Below, piece by piece: positions 1 to 10,274 of a stretch of 64,000 bases of DNA. This stretch comes from Candidatus Omnitrophota bacterium. Its GTDB lineage: Bacteria > Omnitrophota > Gorgyraeia > Duberdicusellales > 4484-171. The notes beneath the pieces are model-generated. The model was given only the letters and a program-made list of their open reading frames with translations, was not told the DNA's origin and did no database searches. Position 1 is the stretch's first letter; every line of letters starts with the position of its first letter. The stretch spans positions 198,554 through 262,553 of the forward strand of contig JBAWWL010000002.1 in NCBI GenBank assembly GCA_037146775.1, read 5' to 3'. The translations under genes were made by a program, and so were the position numbers.

Positions 1-1
1 T

Positions 2-1375
2 AAAGTATTAAAACAAAAAGAAAAAGATTATATTTTCCTGGAATTAACCCGCTCAATCTGCCCAGTATGTAAGAAAACTATTGATGCGCAGATCCGGGTT
101 AGGGATGAGAAAGTATTCATGTTCAAACGCTGTTTTGAGCATGGCGAATTTGAATCGCTTATTTCTTCGGATATCAATCTATACAAACACAGTCTCTCTT
201 TTAACAAGCCGGGAAAAGCCCCGCAGGAATACGGAACCGAGGTAGCCCGGGGTTGTCCGGATGATTGCGGAATCTGCCCTGACCATCAGCAACATACTTG
301 CATTGCGCTTTTAGAGATAACCGACGGCTGTAACCTGTGTTGTGGCAGTTGCTATGCTAAAGCTACCGGTAGTGCATTTCTTGATCTTACGACCATAGAT
401 TTTATGCTCAACCAATACGTTCGTTATGAAGGGCATCCCGAAGTTTTACAGATCAGCGGAGGAGAACCAACGCTGCATCCGCAATTATTCAATATAATCG
501 AATTAGCTCATTCCAAAAAAATCCGCCACGTGATGGTTAACACTAATGGTATTAGATTAGCCGAGGATGAAAGTTTTGCCAGAGAACTCTCGCACCAAGA
601 TATCGAATTGTATCTTCAGTTTGATGGTTTTGCGCCGAAGGCCTATGAGTTTTTAAGAGGCAGTACGGCAGTCTTACCGTTAAAACAAAAGGCTTTAGAG
701 GTTATCGCCAAATACAATATCCCTGCGACCTTGGTGGTTACTTTGGTCAAAGATCTCAATGACCAGCAGATAGGCCAGGTTATTGATTTCGCCATAAAAA
801 ACAGGTTTGTAAAAGGAGTAACTTTTCAGCCGATTATCTACCTAAACGATAGCGTGAGATTTGATCCTATGGATAGATTGACACTTCCCGATATCGTTAA
901 GGCTATAGAAAGCCAAACCAAATCTTTATTTAAGATATCTGATTTTATCCCTTTGCCTTGCTCGTATCCTACCTGCTGCAGCCTTACCTATGCTTTTCTT
1001 AAAGACGGCGCCGTGACTCCCATAACCAGAAAGGTTGATGTCGAGAAATACCTGGATTATTTCTGTAACAGAATCATTACCAGTCCCGCAGCTTTGCTTA
1101 GGAAGTCTTTAGAAAATTTGTGGTCTGCTTCGGCTACGCTCAACGCGCAACAGGTATTAAAGGATTTTACTTGTGTGTGCGGCTTGCCTTTTACGCCGGG
1201 CATATTGGACGAACTAAAGAACAATGTGTTCAGAATAGTGGTTAAACCTTTTATGGACGCGTATACTTTTGATTATAAAAGAGCGATGAAATGCTGTGTC
1301 CATGTGTTGCGTCCTAACGGCAAGCTGATTCCTTTCTGTGTGTATAACAATATATATCGCACTAAAGGGCTATGA
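2..1375 (+). CDS. Radical SAM protein, MJ0619/Tes (tetraether synthase-like) family; 5'-truncated by window edge
   Basis: Frame is open from base 2 (KVLKQKEKDYIFLELTRSICPVC...VFMFKRCFEHG), upstream of the ORF-track start at 119. Carries GCPDDCGICPDHQQHTC, CxxxCxxC (CNLCCGSC), SGGEPT and C-terminal CCVH...IPFCVYN motifs. Confidence 0.8.
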   Translation, partial: KVLKQKEKDYIFLELTRSICPVCKKTIDAQIRVRDEKVFMFKRCFEHGEFESLISSDINLYKHSLSFNKPGKAPQEYGTEVARGCPDDCGICPDHQQHTCIALLEITDGCNLCCGSCYAKATGSAFLDLTTIDFMLNQYVRYEGHPEVLQISGGEPTLHPQLFNIIELAHSKKIRHVMVNTNGIRLAEDESFARELSHQDIELYLQFDGFAPKAYEFLRGSTAVLPLKQKALEVIAKYNIPATLVVTLVKDLNDQQIGQVIDFAIKNRFVKGVTFQPIIYLNDSVRFDPMDRLTLPDIVKAIESQTKSLFKISDFIPLPCSYPTCCSLTYAFLKDGAVTPITRKVDVEKYLDYFCNRIITSPAALLRKSLENLWSASATLNAQQVLKDFTCVCGLPFTPGILDELKNNVFRIVVKPFMDAYTFDYKRAMKCCVHVLRPNGKLIPFCVYNNIYRTKGL

Positions 1376-2241
1376 ACAAAATGCTTATAAGTTTTTTTGA
1401 ATTCTTCGTTGTCTTAAGCGTTATGTTTTTGATATTTTCTTTTCTTTCTCACCTTATCATGAGAAAAATATCTTTTAGGGAGTGGTTTTTGTTCTTACAC
1501 AACAAAATCTATGGGTTAGGGAATGTGGCGTCATCGCTTATCGGAGCAGTGACTCCTTTTTGTGTCTGCACCACTATACCGATATTCACCGGCATGATAC
1601 AAATGGGAATTAAAACTAATATCGCAATATCGTTTTTATTTTCTTCCCCGCTGATTAGTGTGTCGGCGGCAGTGCTCCTGTATTTCTTGTTTGGGATAAA
1701 ATTTTCTGTTTATTACATTGTTGCCGCGCTTATTTTCTCCGTGGTTGGGGGTTTACTGGTAGGCTGGTTGCGGCTCGATGACGCAATAAGCGAAGAATTA
1801 AAAAACAATACTGTTACCGGGCCAAAAAACGCCAATATATATCGTAACGCCGCCAGCTCTTCTTTTCGTTTATTTAGAGACCTTTTTATTCCTTTGGCGC
1901 TGGGAGCAATTATTGCGGGGTTCATCCATAATTATGTACCGGTTAAAGCGATCGAGGCTATAAACGCGTATCCTTTATGGATAACTATTCCTTTAGTAGC
2001 TTGTATTGGTTTTCCCATATACTCCAACATTATGGTGTTGGCGCCGATTTGTTTTGCATTAGCCAACAAAGGAATGAATCAAGGCGCAGTTATGACTTTT
2101 ATGATGTCGGGAGCAGGAATCAGTTTTCCTACCGTGATAGTATTAAGAAGTTTGTTGAAGACCAGGCTTTTTATATATTATGTGTTTTACACATTCATTT
2201 CTTATTGCATGATCGGTTTTATTTTTAACCTATTACGATAA
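1372..2241 (+). CDS. DUF318/ArsP-family permease
   Basis: Multi-TM protein with TPFCVCTTIP motif and duplicated halves; ATGA overlap with upstream gene. Confidence 0.8.
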   Translation: MNKMLISFFEFFVVLSVMFLIFSFLSHLIMRKISFREWFLFLHNKIYGLGNVASSLIGAVTPFCVCTTIPIFTGMIQMGIKTNIAISFLFSSPLISVSAAVLLYFLFGIKFSVYYIVAALIFSVVGGLLVGWLRLDDAISEELKNNTVTGPKNANIYRNAASSSFRLFRDLFIPLALGAIIAGFIHNYVPVKAIEAINAYPLWITIPLVACIGFPIYSNIMVLAPICFALANKGMNQGAVMTFMMSGAGISFPTVIVLRSLLKTRLFIYYVFYTFISYCMIGFIFNLLR

Positions 2242-2243
2242 TT

Positions 2244-2783
2244 ATGTTTGAAGCATTGAAAAGATTATTTGCCCGGAAATACGAAAAGCCCAAAGGGATA
2301 CTTTTGTACGCAAGTGTGCAGGAAGTTATCCAGACCCAGAAAATGTTAGAGACCGAAGGGTTTCAGGTAAGGCTGGTGGCGCCGCCTCCGGAAGTAAGGC
2401 TGGGCTGTGATTTGGCTATTGAGTTTAATCTTATTGAGCAGGAGGCCATAGAAACCACAATAAAAAATGAAAAAAGCACTCCCTACAGAATAGTTTCAAC
2501 GAAAGAAATGCTTCCGGATATTCTTAAGCGTTCTTTAATCGTCGACATTGACGGGTATGTGATGTGTAAAGCCGGGAATATGAAGATTACCATAGATAAA
2601 AGAGAACATCGAATCGTAAATATTTCCGGAGGCGGCTGTCCCGATATCCCTTATGTCGCCGAACAGCTGCATAACCAAAGGATTGAAGAGGCGAAGAATC
2701 CCATTGAAATAGGAAATAGCCTTTGTTCGTATCTGCTGCAGATAGCTTTTGACTCGTTAAAGAAAAAGGTGATAAGCAAATGA
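2244..2783 (+). CDS. DUF3343-domain protein (putative S/Se carrier-like)
   Basis: VAPPPEVRLGCDLAI motif plus C-terminal NISGGGCPDIP and GNSLC Cys motifs. Confidence 0.7.
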   Translation: MFEALKRLFARKYEKPKGILLYASVQEVIQTQKMLETEGFQVRLVAPPPEVRLGCDLAIEFNLIEQEAIETTIKNEKSTPYRIVSTKEMLPDILKRSLIVDIDGYVMCKAGNMKITIDKREHRIVNISGGGCPDIPYVAEQLHNQRIEEAKNPIEIGNSLCSYLLQIAFDSLKKKVISK

Positions 2784-3634
2784 TTGTGCTAGTAGGCACG
2801 GTTCCCTATAAAACTGGTTTGTATGTGGGTAAGGCCGCTATCCAAGGCGGGGTTTTGCAGATAGGTAGCGGTTCTTTTTCTATTGAGCGAGGAACTGCGG
2901 CAATGGCAGCTTCGTGCGTGCAGGTGTGCAGTTTTTATAATACAGAGATGCCTTTATGTATTTTTGGAGGAGATATTTCCGACGGAAAAGGAACGGACTT
3001 GATGTTTCAAGAAGTAAATACCAATATCGATGCCTACAAGCCCGATCTGGTTACGCTGCATTATATGTTTCCGAAAGTTAAGTATGGTCAGCCGTTTATA
3101 AATAAAATTGAATCTTTGCAAAAAAAACCACAACTTATAGCTGACGCCGGCGGCATGTATTTGATGAAAACCATCAATAAGGCGCATTTTTTTGATGTGT
3201 TTACTCCGGATTGGGGAGAGTTGTATTTTTTAGCCGACGAATTTGCGCCGCACCCCTTATACGTAAGGAGCGAATTACTCGAGAAAAATGTTTCCTTGCA
3301 ATCTTTGGTGGATGCCGCTTACAAAAAGAATAATACTGCTAAAACCACTATCGTTAAGGGTGTCGTAGATCATCTGTATGCTGATAATATTAAAATAAAG
3401 GAGCTTTCCCAGCCCAACATCCCGGCAATGGAAGCGATAGGCGGTACCGGAGATACTATTACCGGTATGCTTTCTGCGTTAAGGTATATGGGATGCTCCG
3501 ACGCGGATTACAAGGCGCTTACGATAAATCGTCTTATTGGCGAAGAAATCAAATGTAGTCCGGCAACCCAAATAGCCGAATTTATAACAGCGATTCCGAA
3601 AGTTTTAGCTCAGTATGAAAAAAAGATATCTTAG
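2780..3634 (+). CDS. Ribokinase-fold carbohydrate kinase / NAD(P)HX dehydratase-like protein
   Basis: LIADAGGM, FTPDxGEL and EAIGGTGDTITG (anion-hole) motifs. Confidence 0.7.
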   Translation: MIVLVGTVPYKTGLYVGKAAIQGGVLQIGSGSFSIERGTAAMAASCVQVCSFYNTEMPLCIFGGDISDGKGTDLMFQEVNTNIDAYKPDLVTLHYMFPKVKYGQPFINKIESLQKKPQLIADAGGMYLMKTINKAHFFDVFTPDWGELYFLADEFAPHPLYVRSELLEKNVSLQSLVDAAYKKNNTAKTTIVKGVVDHLYADNIKIKELSQPNIPAMEAIGGTGDTITGMLSALRYMGCSDADYKALTINRLIGEEIKCSPATQIAEFITAIPKVLAQYEKKIS

Positions 3635-4736
3635 ACATTGGTCGTTTCTGGCTACAGGCCCGCTGCTTTCTTTTTTGCTTATTTTGTTTTGGTTCTTTAA
3701 TCAAAATTATTTATCGCAAACAAAAGGGCCTGTCGTGTTGCTGTTGGAAAATCCGCTCATAACCTTTGGCTTGATTATTTTTGGCGCTTTTGTCAGCGCT
3801 TTTATCTTTGGGGAATACAGTATTAAAACCCCGGTTACTTACGAGCCTTTGATTTTTTCATTCATAGGAGGAATATGGATGGGCTGCGGAGCGGTTATCG
3901 CGGCCATGTCTACTCATTCCATTGTGTTGTTTAATTTAGCGGGGATATTTAACCTCACGGCATTTATGATTACTAAAGGCTGGATCTATGCCGCGAGCAT
4001 GATTGTAGGAGGATTCGCAGGGTCAAAAGTATTTTCTTTCCTTATTTTGAAGACTGGCCATCTTAAAAAAGATTTTTTTATTCCGCCCGCATTGATGCTT
4101 AGAAAAAACCAAAAAATTATTTTCTTTGTATTGCTTGGTTTGTTTATTCTTTTTATTTCTGCTGTGGTTTTCTTCTCGGTGCTTACCGCCCAGGAGAAGG
4201 CAGGTTTCCTTTTCGCCGTTATACTGCTTTTTTTGTTCGGCATACTTGTTGAGCGAGGTACTATTTGTATGTCGAGCATGCTAAAAGAGTGGTTCCTCGC
4301 GCATTCTGCTTATGTCTGGCGCAGCGTATTATTTACTGTTATGTGTTTGGCGATTCTTTATCAGGTAGGGCTAAAATTATTTGCGTTTGAGCCGATACAA
4401 TTAGAAAGACATATCCAGAATGTAAGTTTACTCGTGGGAGGGTCTTTTCTTATGGGTTTCGGATTCATATTTGCCGATGGATGCTTCATCGGCAGTTTAT
4501 GGAAAGCCGGGCAGGGCAATATTATAAACATTGTTGGTATTCTGGGAACGTTAATAGGGATAGGGGCGTCAAAGATGGCCGCTAAATTTATCATCATCAA
4601 GCAGCCAGCCGTTCTCGGCCCACAAATTACCAACTATCTTAATATTATTATTCACCCTTTTGTGTTTATTGCCCTCTTGTGGGTTCTGGGCATATTATCG
4701 TTGATAATTTTTAGGCAGAAACACTATCGTTATTGA
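3615..4736 (+). CDS. YeeE/YedE family sulfur-compound (thiosulfate) transporter
   Basis: Multi-TM; ERGTICMSS, GGSFLMGFG...ADGCFIG and GGIWMGCG motifs. Confidence 0.75.
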   Translation: MKKRYLRHWSFLATGPLLSFLLILFWFFNQNYLSQTKGPVVLLLENPLITFGLIIFGAFVSAFIFGEYSIKTPVTYEPLIFSFIGGIWMGCGAVIAAMSTHSIVLFNLAGIFNLTAFMITKGWIYAASMIVGGFAGSKVFSFLILKTGHLKKDFFIPPALMLRKNQKIIFFVLLGLFILFISAVVFFSVLTAQEKAGFLFAVILLFLFGILVERGTICMSSMLKEWFLAHSAYVWRSVLFTVMCLAILYQVGLKLFAFEPIQLERHIQNVSLLVGGSFLMGFGFIFADGCFIGSLWKAGQGNIINIVGILGTLIGIGASKMAAKFIIIKQPAVLGPQITNYLNIIIHPFVFIALLWVLGILSLIIFRQKHYRY

Positions 4737-4777
4737 ACTGCGTGTGATATCGTATTCTTATAGCAAGGAGGTTTGAA

Positions 4778-5521
4778 ATGATCGTTTCCGGACTTAAAGC
4801 TTTTCTGACAACGCTGGAGCACTTTTTATTAGCCGCCTGCCTTTATATTTTTGCCATAGTAACCACCGGTTTAGCGCTTTTCCCCAGCGTATTGTTCATA
4901 CATTACGTATGGACACACACTCTTGGCTATTATTTTATTGTGCGTTTATTGCTGATTTGCTTCAGTCTGGCGGCAGCTTATTTTGTATATGGTTTCAGCT
5001 TGATCTTAATAGTCGGTTTTTTAAGGACCGCGTTAAGGCTAAATCTCAAAGAAGGGGAGTATCATGTAACTTCAATGGGCATGATGAAATGGATGTTTGT
5101 TAACGCACTTTATATACTGGTAGCAATTACTTTTATGGATTTTATTCTCCTTACGCCTTTTGCGGCATTTTTCTTTCGCATTATGGGAGCCAAGGTTGGA
5201 CGCAACGTCCAAATCAATTCTAAAAATTGTGCAGATGTATCTTTACTTGAGATTGGCGACAATACCGTTATCGGCGGCCACGCCACAGTGATCTGTCATT
5301 CTTTTGAGCGTGGCAGGTTGATATTACGCAGAGTAAAGATTGGCAAAAATGTGGTTATAGGGCTAAACTCGGTAATTTTGCCTGGCGCCGATATCGGAGA
5401 CGGCTCCTTTATTACCGCAGGCGCGGTGCTGGGCAAAAATAAACAAGTTGAGCCGCATAGCGTTTATGCGGGAGTTCCTGCTGAATCGACAAAAGAAAGA
5501 AGAGAGCACGACAAACAATGA
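4778..5521 (+). CDS. Membrane-anchored hexapeptide-repeat (left-handed beta-helix) acyltransferase
   Basis: N-terminal TM helices, then GAKVGRNVQI / IGDNTVIGG / IGKNVVIG / YAGVPA repeats; RBS AGGAGG. Confidence 0.8.
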   Translation: MIVSGLKAFLTTLEHFLLAACLYIFAIVTTGLALFPSVLFIHYVWTHTLGYYFIVRLLLICFSLAAAYFVYGFSLILIVGFLRTALRLNLKEGEYHVTSMGMMKWMFVNALYILVAITFMDFILLTPFAAFFFRIMGAKVGRNVQINSKNCADVSLLEIGDNTVIGGHATVICHSFERGRLILRRVKIGKNVVIGLNSVILPGADIGDGSFITAGAVLGKNKQVEPHSVYAGVPAESTKERREHDKQ

Positions 5522-7230
5522 AAAAAAGAGTAAGTTTAAAAACCATCACTATTATTGACATCATGGAGGCCATAAATAAAAACTATGGCGATATTACTGC
5601 CGTGCAGATGAAAGAAAAAGACGGAACATTTAGAAAGATCTCTTATGTGGAATTAGGCAGGAGAACGGTTGACGTTTCTTCCCATCTTATTAAGTTGGGT
5701 ATAGGCAAGGGCGACAGGGTTGCAATATATTCAGAGAACAGGCCGGAATGGCCTGTGGCTTTTTTTGGAGCTATTTCTGCCGCGGCCATAGTTGTGCCTA
5801 TAGATAGCAAATTGAGCGAAGCCGAAGTGCGGTTTATTTTAAGCAATAGCCAGGCTAAGTGCATATTTGTTGGCGGAAAATATCTAAGCGTTATCGATAC
5901 CATAAAGACGGGCTTACCGGATTTAAAATATATCGTTACCTTAGATAGCAGTAGCCGGCAAGATATCATTAAGTTGGAAGATTTAAAGCTGGTAAGCGAA
6001 GAAAACAAGAATCGTCCTTTGCACGAAGAGGATACCGCGCTCATAATCTATACCTCCGGTACTACCGGCGTAGCCAAAGGGGTTGAACTTACGTACCGCA
6101 ATCTTATGTTTCAGGTGAGGTGTTTGAGCGAAATAATAGATTACAAGATTCAGGACCAATTTCTTTCCATTTTACCCTTAAACCACACGCTCGAATTAAC
6201 CGGCGGGCTCATCGCTCCGTTGTATGCCGGAGGATGTATCACGTATTGCGATAGCCTAAAGCCCACACATATGCTTTCTTTGATGCAGCACACGCATACC
6301 GTTATGATGATTTGTGTGCCCCTGGTCATCAAAATGCTGCACGAGGGTATTATGGGCCAGATTGCCAAGATGTCTTCTTATAAACAGAAAATATTTAACC
6401 GGTTGTTATGTGTGTCCAAATGGTTATTAAAATATAATATCAGGGTAGGACGTATATTATTTTTTGGGCTGCACAAGCAATTTGGCGGACGGCTGCGTGG
6501 TTTTGTAAGCGGAGGTGCTCCGTTAGATAAAGAAGTCGAGATAAATTTTAACGCCCTGGGTTTCCGGGTATTGCAGGGCTATGGGCTTACCGAAACATCG
6601 CCGGTCATAGCAGTCAACACATACAAAGTTTACAGGTTTGGTTCCGTAGGAAAGCCTTTGCCGGGCGCCCAGGTAAGTATAGTAAAAGAAAATAGTACGT
6701 CGCAGGAAGGCGAAATTATCACCAAGGGAGATCATATAATGAAGGGTTATTTTCAAAATGCCGACAAAACCGTCGAAGTTATCAAAGACGGATGGCTGCA
6801 TACCGGAGATATCGGCCACTTGGATAGAGACGGTTTTCTTTATATAACAGGCAGAATAAGAAATCTTATTGTGCTTGGTGCGGGCAAGAAAGTATTTCCG
6901 GAAGAAGTCGAGCAGGTGATGTCGCAAAGCCCGTTCATAAAAGAAATCTGTGTTTTGAGCAGGATTGCTACGAAAGGTTTACGCAAGGGATGTGAGGAGG
7001 TTTACGCTGTTATCGTCCCAAATCTGGATGCATTTGGAAAACTTGAGCGTGCGAATGAGCAGACAATCAAGGAGGCAATCGCCCAAGAGCTTTCCCGTCT
7101 TGGCGGAAATTTAGCAGAATACAAGCGAATAATGGATTTCGATGTGTGGGATGGGGAGTTGCCAAAAACAGCCACCAAGAAGGTTAAAAGACAAGTTTTG
7201 CTCGAAATGATTAACAAATCCGTAACTTGA
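5518..7230 (+). CDS. AMP-dependent long-chain acyl-CoA synthetase family
   Basis: YTSGTTGVAKG, QGYGLTE, GWLHTGDIG and LPKTATKKVKR motifs. Confidence 0.9.
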   Translation: MKKRVSLKTITIIDIMEAINKNYGDITAVQMKEKDGTFRKISYVELGRRTVDVSSHLIKLGIGKGDRVAIYSENRPEWPVAFFGAISAAAIVVPIDSKLSEAEVRFILSNSQAKCIFVGGKYLSVIDTIKTGLPDLKYIVTLDSSSRQDIIKLEDLKLVSEENKNRPLHEEDTALIIYTSGTTGVAKGVELTYRNLMFQVRCLSEIIDYKIQDQFLSILPLNHTLELTGGLIAPLYAGGCITYCDSLKPTHMLSLMQHTHTVMMICVPLVIKMLHEGIMGQIAKMSSYKQKIFNRLLCVSKWLLKYNIRVGRILFFGLHKQFGGRLRGFVSGGAPLDKEVEINFNALGFRVLQGYGLTETSPVIAVNTYKVYRFGSVGKPLPGAQVSIVKENSTSQEGEIITKGDHIMKGYFQNADKTVEVIKDGWLHTGDIGHLDRDGFLYITGRIRNLIVLGAGKKVFPEEVEQVMSQSPFIKEICVLSRIATKGLRKGCEEVYAVIVPNLDAFGKLERANEQTIKEAIAQELSRLGGNLAEYKRIMDFDVWDGELPKTATKKVKRQVLLEMINKSVT

Positions 7231-7379
7231 AAATTACCACTTTTGTAAAAGACAAAAATCAATAACATAATGTTATTCTGTATACAGAGGATTATCCAGA
7301 TGATATAATTTTGTTTACGAATCACGTTCCTCGGCCCACGAGAATTAATTTTTAAGACCAGGTAGGAGGGAGAACATAG

Positions 7380-8435
7380 ATGCCTAAAATAGGTATTCTT
7401 ACGAATCGTTCAGATACGTCTTACGTTTTCATGCACAGTGTGTACGACTTTGAAGATTGCATTGTGAAGGCCACGGGGGGCGAATTAGTTTACGTTCCGC
7501 CGAGAAAGTACGATCTTGTGAACAAATGTAAACGCAAAGTTAAATTAGACGGTGTTCGCCTAAAAGATTCCTATGATGTGTTGTTTTGCGTGAGCCTTAA
7601 TTTTGGCACGGCCCTGGAAGATGTTCTTAACTGGCGTGACCGCTGCAAGTACTGTATATGCTATATTTACGATACCTGGCCGAATATTACTAAATATGAT
7701 GAGGCAGCTATACGCCGTACTCTGAAGCATGTTGACCTATTGTGTTTTTCTTTCCCGGAATCTATCAGTTATTTTAAAATCTTACTTAACCCTCTTCCTT
7801 TCTGGGTTCCCCAGGCTATCAATCCGGACAGATTCTACTATGTTCCCAAGCTTGATCGCGGGGTCGGTGTGTATATGTTTGGCAGACAACCGCAAGGTGT
7901 CTTTGAGAAAGTGAAATCTTACTGTATGAGCCGTAATTTTTTGATGATGCAGCATAATAGGTTGCCTTTCCCCGAAGGAAAAGTGTTGGATTGGGAAGAT
8001 GCCTACACTATGCATGCCCAGCTGCTGTTGCACGCGAAAGTTACTTTAAACTGGACAATGCAGTTAACCCATCCTTCGAGAATAATTTCTTCGACCACCA
8101 CGAGGTGGTTTGAGCCGGCTGCCACCGGCTGTTTGGTGATAGGCAACGAGCCCAGCGATGGAGAGTTCCAAAAGCTTTTTCCTATCCCCGGATTTGTCCG
8201 CAAAGTAGATAACGATTTTGGAAACCTAACTGCGCTCATAGAAGAAGCGATCCAGGATAAAGACAGCGAAGATCTTCGCAGACAATTGGCTGAGCATACC
8301 AGAAACCATCATACGTGGTATCATCGAATTGCGCGTATGCTTAACAGGGCTAAGTTAAGCCATTTGCTCAAGTCCGAATATCAGAAATATCTGACAGAAG
8401 ATGGCTTGGGAAATATAGCCGGCCCCCAAGATTAA
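7380..8435 (+). CDS. Glycosyltransferase, CgeB/Glyco_trans_1_2-like
   Basis: C-terminal TRWFEPAATGC...HHTWYHR pattern; RBS AGGAGG. Confidence 0.7.
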   Translation: MPKIGILTNRSDTSYVFMHSVYDFEDCIVKATGGELVYVPPRKYDLVNKCKRKVKLDGVRLKDSYDVLFCVSLNFGTALEDVLNWRDRCKYCICYIYDTWPNITKYDEAAIRRTLKHVDLLCFSFPESISYFKILLNPLPFWVPQAINPDRFYYVPKLDRGVGVYMFGRQPQGVFEKVKSYCMSRNFLMMQHNRLPFPEGKVLDWEDAYTMHAQLLLHAKVTLNWTMQLTHPSRIISSTTTRWFEPAATGCLVIGNEPSDGEFQKLFPIPGFVRKVDNDFGNLTALIEEAIQDKDSEDLRRQLAEHTRNHHTWYHRIARMLNRAKLSHLLKSEYQKYLTEDGLGNIAGPQD

Positions 8436-8453
8436 AAAGCATCAATTTTTAAA

Positions 8454-9161
8454 ATGAAAATACGTACCATGAAAGTCTTTTTTTCGTTAAGTATTTTCTT
8501 GGCCTGTTTTTTATGGCCCGGTTATCTCGTGGCCCAGGACGCCGCAGAGAAGATTGTGTATGAGGTATCTCCGCTTTTAGGAGTCTCGGAATATCAGGAC
8601 ATGGGCTTGGTTGATTTTCATGGACGGCGGGTGAACCTGACAATTTTCTATACCAATGTAGCAGGCTTAAAAGATACGGAAAAAATCTACAGCGATCCCA
8701 AGACTAACCTGCCGCTGTGGGTAGAGCGGGATGTCTCTTTGTGGTTGAGGAGGGAATATCTGACCGAAGAGTACGTTTCCTCTGAAAACCGATTAACCAT
8801 AACCAAATTTGTAAGAGGTAAAGAAATAGCAAAATATTCATATCAGGGAAAAGGCCCGATACATAACGCAATACTTCTTCCCTTTGTACTGCGCAAGATG
8901 CCCGAATTGAAACCCGGTTGGTCGTGTAAGATAAGGTTCCCCAATGAATTTACGGTAAAGTTCGTTGGCATAGAGGATGTGAGTGTTCCTGCGGGAAAAT
9001 TTAAAGCCTATCATATTACCAGCACGCCGCATCAATTCGAGATTTGGATCAGCGCCGATAAAGAGCGGTTGCCGGTGAAAATAAAAGGCATCGGAGTATT
9101 TTCTTATACTTTGGCGATGAAACAGCGTATTGTTGGAACGAAAGAGGGGCAGGCGCGTTGA
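8454..9161 (+). CDS. Exported DUF3108-like protein
   Basis: Signal peptide; EDVSVPAGKFKAY...IWISADKERLPVKI motif. Confidence 0.65.
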   Translation: MKIRTMKVFFSLSIFLACFLWPGYLVAQDAAEKIVYEVSPLLGVSEYQDMGLVDFHGRRVNLTIFYTNVAGLKDTEKIYSDPKTNLPLWVERDVSLWLRREYLTEEYVSSENRLTITKFVRGKEIAKYSYQGKGPIHNAILLPFVLRKMPELKPGWSCKIRFPNEFTVKFVGIEDVSVPAGKFKAYHITSTPHQFEIWISADKERLPVKIKGIGVFSYTLAMKQRIVGTKEGQAR

Positions 9162-9631
9162 AATGGAAGTTTAAGAAAATTCTTGTCCGATTGTTCAAGT
9201 TGAATAATACGCCGCAGGAAATTGCACTGGGAACCGCGATAGGAGTTTTTATCGCCATTCTGCCGGTTTACGGGCTGCATACCGTGATGGTCATTGTTGC
9301 TGCTATCCTGGTCAGGCCAGCCAATAAAATCGCTATTCTTTTAGGAACGAACATTTCTTTACCCCCGACCGTTCCTTTTATAACCTGGGCAGGCTATGAA
9401 ATCGGTAGGCTTATCTTAAAGGGTAATTACGAACCCTTGGCCTGGTCGGATTTCAAAAATATAACATTCAAAAATATCTCCAGCCACTATAAACCGCTAT
9501 TTTTAGGCAGCGTAATTCTAGGGATTATCTGTGCGATTGTATTTTACTTTCTCATCTTTTTTTTAGTGCGGAAGATAAAAAACAGAAAGAAGCATGCCCG
9601 AAGAACCAAAAATACATATCAGAAAGTTTGA
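9158..9631 (+). CDS. DUF2062 membrane protein
   Basis: TPQEIALGTAIGVFIAILP motif. Confidence 0.8.
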   Translation: MKWKFKKILVRLFKLNNTPQEIALGTAIGVFIAILPVYGLHTVMVIVAAILVRPANKIAILLGTNISLPPTVPFITWAGYEIGRLILKGNYEPLAWSDFKNITFKNISSHYKPLFLGSVILGIICAIVFYFLIFFLVRKIKNRKKHARRTKNTYQKV

Positions 9632-10247
9632 AGTAAAAGACCGCCAAGTCGTCAGGTCTATCATCCATGATGCTGCGCTTATGGGAGATTCTGCCTCGCT
9701 GTTTTTCGAAGGAAGGGAGATTATCAGCGATGCGCTTAGCCTGTACTTCACCGATTACGAGCCGGAGTCTTGTTTTGTCGCCGAGGTTAACTCGGTTGTC
9801 GCCGGCTGCTTAATTGGTGCGAAAAATAAAACTGTTTCGGAAAAAGTCATTGCCGTAAAAATTTCTCCTCGTTTATTTTGGAAAGCCTTGAATATGGGCG
9901 CTTTCTTACAGAAGAAAAATATTATTTTTATCTTTCGCTGTGTGTCCGGATTATTTACCGACGGCCTGAAGACTCCGGATGTGACCAAAGAATATCCGGC
10001 TACCTTGCATATCAATATAAAAAAAGAATTCCGCGGCCTTCACGTTGGTTCAAACCTGATGGGCGCTTTCCTGGAGTATCTTAAAGAAAATAAAATTTCC
10101 GGTGTGCATTTAGCTACGATGTCCGATGCGGCGGCGAACTTTTTCTCTAAACATGGTTTTGAGTTGCTTTATAAAGGTAAGAGATCTTATTTTCGGCACA
10201 TATTGCACAGAGATGTGCCTCTTTATCTGTACGGCAAGAAGCTATAA
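9594..10247 (+). CDS. GNAT family N-acetyltransferase
   Basis: YPATLHINIKKEFRGLHVGS (motif A) and FFSKHGF. Confidence 0.8.
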   Translation: MPEEPKIHIRKFEVKDRQVVRSIIHDAALMGDSASLFFEGREIISDALSLYFTDYEPESCFVAEVNSVVAGCLIGAKNKTVSEKVIAVKISPRLFWKALNMGAFLQKKNIIFIFRCVSGLFTDGLKTPDVTKEYPATLHINIKKEFRGLHVGSNLMGAFLEYLKENKISGVHLATMSDAAANFFSKHGFELLYKGKRSYFRHILHRDVPLYLYGKKL

Positions 10248-10274
10248 AATTTTCAAACATAAAAAGATGCGTTT

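Noticed and set aside
2-4736. Selenocysteine read-through in the YeeE/DUF3343 operon
   Set aside because: The motif positions examined are ordinary Cys codons and no in-frame TGA splits a domain.
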